Positions 60,701 through 64,000 of a stretch of DNA of 64,000 nt are shown in pieces (positions within the stretch are counted from its first letter, which is position 1; each line of letters begins with the position of its first letter). The DNA comes from Eledone cirrhosa. Taxonomy: Eukaryota. The notes beneath the pieces were generated by a model. The model saw nothing but the letters and a program-made list of their open reading frames with translations, did no database searches and had not been told where the DNA came from. The translations under genes and the position numbers were made by a program. The stretch is from assembly GCA_964016885.1 (NCBI GenBank), contig OZ024744.1, positions 127,596,001 to 127,660,000 on the forward strand, given 5' to 3'.

Positions 60701-63200
60701 AGTTGGGGTTAAGCTAAGTTGGGGTTCAGTTAAGTTGGGGTTAAGTTAATTTGGGGCTGAGTTAAGTTGGGGTTAAGTTAAGTCGGGTTGAGTTAAGTTG
60801 GGGTTAAGTTAAGTTGGGGTTAAGTTAAGTTGGGGTTAAGTTAAGTTGGGGTTAAGATAAGTTGGGGTTAAGTTAAGTTGGGGTTAATTTAAGTTGGGGT
60901 TGAGTTAATTTGGGTTTAAGTTAAGTTGGGCTTAACTTAAGTTGGGGTTAAGTCGGGGTTAAGTTAAGTTGGAGTTAAGTTAAGTTGGGGGTAAGTTAAG
61001 TTGGGGGCAAGTTAAGTTGGGGTTAATTTAAGTTGGGGTTAAGTTAAGTTGGGGTTATGTTAAGTTGGGGTTAAGTTAAGTTGGGGTTAAGTTAAGTTGG
61101 GGGTAACTTAAGTTGGGTGTAAGTTAAGTTGGGGTTAAGTTAAGTTGGGGTTAAATTAAGTTGAGGTTAAGTTAATTTGGGGTTAAGTTAAGTTGGGGTT
61201 ACGTTAAGTTGGGGTTACGTTAAGTTGGGGGTAAGATAAATTGGGGCTAAGTTAAGTTGGGGCTAAGTCAAGTTGGGGTTAAGTCAAGTTGAGGTTAACT
61301 TAAGTTGGGGTTAAGTTAAGTTGGGGTTAAGTTAAGTTGGGGTTAAGGTAAGTTGGTGTTAAGTTAAGTTGGGGCTAAGTTAAGTTGGGGCTAAGTTAAG
61401 TTGGGGCTGAGTTAAGTTGGGGTTAAGTTGGGGTTGAGTTAAGTTGGGGTTAAGTTAAGTTGGAATTACGTTAAGTTGGGGTTAAGTTAAGTTCGGGTTG
61501 AGTTAAGTTGGGGTTAAGTTAAGTTGGGGGTAAGTTAAGTTGGGGGTAAGTAAAATGGGGGCAAGTTAAGTTGGGGTTAAGTTAAGTTGGGGTTAAGTTA
61601 AGTTGGGGTTAAGTTAAGTTAGGGTTAATTTCAGTTGGGGTTAAGTTAAGTTGGGGTTAAGTTAAGTTAGGGTTAATTTAAGTTGGGGTTATGTTAAGTT
61701 GGGGTTAAGTTAAGTTGGGGTTAAGTTAAGTTGGTGTTAAGTAAAGTTGGGATTAAGTTAAGTTGTGGGTTAAGTTAAGTTGGGGTTAAGTTAAGTTGGG
61801 GTTAAGTTGGTGTTAAGTAAAGTTGGGCTTAAGTTAAGTTGGGTTTGAGTTAAGTTGGTGCTAAGTTAAGTTAGGGCTAAGTTAAGTTGGGGTTAAGTTA
61901 ACTTGGGGCTAGGTTAAGTTGGGTCTAAGTTAAGTTGGGGTTAAGTTAAGTTGGGGTTAAGTTAAGTTGGGGTTAAATTAAGTTGGGGTTAAGTTAAGTT
62001 GGGGTAAAGCTAAGTTGGGGTTAAGTTAATTTGCGGTTAAGTTAGTTTGTGGGTTAAGTTAAGTTGGGGGTAAGTTAAGTTGGGGGTAAGTTAAGTTGGG
62101 GTTAAATTAAGTTGGGGTTAAGTTAAGTTGGGGTTAAGTTAAGTTGGGGTTAAGTTAAGTTGGGGTTAAGTTAAGTTGGCGTTAAGTTAAGTCGGGGTAA
62201 AGTTAAGTTGGGGTTAAGTTAAGTTGGGGTTAAGTTAAGTTGGGGTTAAGTTAAGTTGGGGTTAAGTCAAGTTGGGGTTAAGTCAAGTTGGGGTTAAGTT
62301 AAGGTGGGGTTAAGTTAAGTTGGGGGTAAGTTAAGTTGGGTGTAAGTTAAGTTGGGGTTAAGTTAAGTTGTGGTTAAGTTCAGTTGGGGTTAAGTTAAGT
62401 TGGGGTTAAGTTAAGCTGGGGGTAAGTTAAGTTGGGTGTAAGTTAAGTTGGGGTTAAGTTAAGTTGGGGTTAAGTTAAGTTGGGGTTAAATTAAGTTGGG
62501 GTTAAGTTAAGTTGGGGTTATGTTAAGTTGGGGTTAAGTTAAGTTGGGGTTAAGATAAGTTGGGGTTAAGTTAAGTTGAGGTTAAGTTAAGTTGGAGTTA
62601 AGTTAAGTTGGGGTTAAGCTAAGTTGGGGTTAAGTTAATTTGCGGTTAAGTTAGGTTGTGGGTTAAGTTAAGTTGGGGTTAAGTTAAGCTGGGGTTAAGT
62701 TGGGGTAAGTTAAGTTGGGGTTAAGTTAAGTTGGGGTTAAGTTAAGTTGGGGTTAAGTTAAGTTGGGGTTAAGTTAAGTTGGGGTTAAGTTAAGTTGGGG
62801 TTAAGTTAAGTTGGGGTTAAGTTAAGTTGGGGGTAAGTTAAGTTGGGGGCAAGTTAAGTTGGGGTTAAGTTAAGTTGGGGTTAAGTTAAGTTGGGGTTAA
62901 GTTAAGTTGGGGTTAAGTTAAGTTGGGGTTAAATTAAGTTGGGGTTAAGTTAAGTTGGGGTTAGTTAAGTTGGGGTTAAGTTAAGTTGGGGTTAAGTTAA
63001 GTTGGGGTTAAGTTAAGTTGGGGTTAAGTTAAGTTGGCGTTAAGTTAAGTTGGGGTTAAGTTAAGTTGGGGTTAAATTAAGTTGGAGTTAAGTTAAGTTG
63101 GGGTTAATTTAAGTTGGGGTTAAGTTAAGTTGGGGTTAAGTTAAGTTGGAGTTGAGTCAAGTTGGGGTTAAGTCAAGTTGGGGTTAAGTCAAGTTGGGGT
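51800..63200 (+). repeat. Diverged block repeat at ~8.3-kb offset (~51.8-54.9 kb versus ~60.1-63.2 kb; boundaries approximate)
   Basis: 15-bp AGTCGGG unit 52481/60783 and double TTACG 52900/61202 are +8,302. TAAAAT 53233/61551 is +8,318 (one extra monomer). Confidence 0.75.
53024..58371 (+). repeat. 2,671-bp tandem duplication (53024-55700 and 55695-58371)
   Basis: GTCGGAATTACG 53141/55812 and TAAAAT 53233/55904 and 55510/58181 are all +2,671. Identity breaks at 53023/55694 and 55701/58372. Confidence 0.9.
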
Positions 63201-64000
63201 TAAGTCAAGTTGGGGTTAAGTTAAGTTGGGGTTAAGTTAAGTTGGGGTTCAGTTCAGTTGGGGTTAAGTTAAGTTGGGGTTAAGTTAAGCTGGGGTTAAG
63301 TTAAGTTGGGGTCAAGTTAAGTTGGGGTTAAGTTAAGTTGGAGTTAAGTTAAGTTGGAGTTAAGTTAAGTTGGGGTTAAGCTAATTTGGGGTTCAGTTAA
63401 GTTGGGGTTAAGTTAATTTGGGGCTGAGTTAAGTTGGGGTTAAGTTAAGTTCGGGTTGAGTTAAGTTGGGGTTAATTTAAGTTGGGGTTTAGTTAAGTTG
63501 GGGTTAAGTTAAGTTGGGGTTAAGATAAGTTGGGGTTAAGTTAAGTTGGGGTTAATTTAAGTTGGGGTTGAGTTAATTTGGGTTTAAGTTAAGTTGGGCT
63601 TAACTTAAGTTGGGGTTAAGTTGGGGTTAAGTTAAGTTGGGGTTAAGTTAAGTTGGGGGTAAGTTAAGTTGGGGGCAAGTTAAGTTGGGGTTAATTTAAG
63701 TTGGGGTTAAGTTAAGTTAGGGTTAATTTCAGTTGGGGTTAAGTTAAGTTGGGGTTAAGTTAAGTTAGGGTTAATTTAAGTTGTGGTTATGTTAAGTTGG
63801 GGTTAAGTTAAGTTGGGGTTGAGTTAATTTGGGTTTAAGTTAAGTTGGGCTTAACTTAAGTTGGGGTTAAGTTGGGGTTAAGTTAAGTTGGGGTTAAGTT
63901 AAGTTGGGGGTAAGTTAAGTTGGGGGCAAGTTAAGTTGGGGTTAATTTAAGTTGGGGTTAAGTTAAGTTGGGGTTATGTTAAGTTGGGGTTAAGTTAAGT

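Larger units (their letters stand above)
1..64000 (+). repeat. Tandem satellite array, 16-bp monomer GGGGTTAAGTTAAGTT (~4,000 copies, head-to-tail, G-rich strand on +), extending beyond both window edges
   Basis: Monomer readable on every line (e.g. GGGGTTAAGTTAAGTT at 21-36 and 37-52). Deviations are point variants or occasional 11-, 15- or 17-bp units. No inversion or non-repeat insert seen. Confidence 0.99.

Noticed and set aside
1-64000. Protein-coding ORF on either strand
   Set aside because: TTAA gives TAA on both strands twice per 16 bp, and the 16-bp period cycles through all frames, so every frame stops within about 9 codons in the consensus.
1-64000. Repeat protein under a TAA=Gln code (would read GVKLSWGQVKLGLSQV)n
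   Set aside because: Frequent 11-, 15- and 17-bp units shift frame, TGA variants are common, and there is no codon-position pattern or unique flanking coding sequence.
1-64000. CRISPR array or other repeat-spacer system
   Set aside because: No unique spacers. Sequence between G-tracts is the same 12-mer with point variants, and no cas or other genes are present.
1-64000. piggyBac elements or target-site duplications at TTAA
   Set aside because: TTAA is intrinsic to the monomer. No terminal inverted repeats, transposase or inserted DNA.
1-64000. Pure sequencing or low-complexity artefact
   Set aside because: Variants recur in identical order at exact multi-kb offsets, which random error would not produce. 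Copy number of the large blocks could still be misassembled.
1-64000. Promoters, terminators, hairpins or inversions
   Set aside because: The + strand almost lacks C, so no stable stems form (TTAA-G-TTAA is only 4 bp). No CCCC-strand segment appears, and any motif match would be a by-product of the repeat.

Overview
The whole 64,000-bp window is one uninterrupted, single-orientation tandem satellite of about 4,000 copies of a 16-bp monomer, GGGGTTAAGTTAAGTT, i.e. (TTAAG)2-TTGGGG. It runs off both ends. I find no genes, RNA genes, mobile elements, CRISPR spacers or unique sequence. The consensus has no C on the + strand, one G4 run per unit and stop codons in all six frames. The information is in the variant monomers, which recur in fixed order and act as barcodes for nested tandem duplications: 192 bp, 272 bp, ~1,045 bp, 1,823 bp, ~1,915 bp, 2,671 bp, 3,911 bp, ~8.3 kb and a near-identical 14,265 bp. 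Several junctions can be mapped to within a few bases, and some events can be put in order. The monomer resembles compound telomeric repeats (e.g. bumblebee TTAGGTTGGGG), but kb-scale propagation of variants points to recombination-based maintenance rather than fresh telomerase synthesis. A eukaryotic origin is likely, but organism, chromosomal position and function cannot be determined from this window. Offsets were counted by eye from marker variants, not by full alignment.
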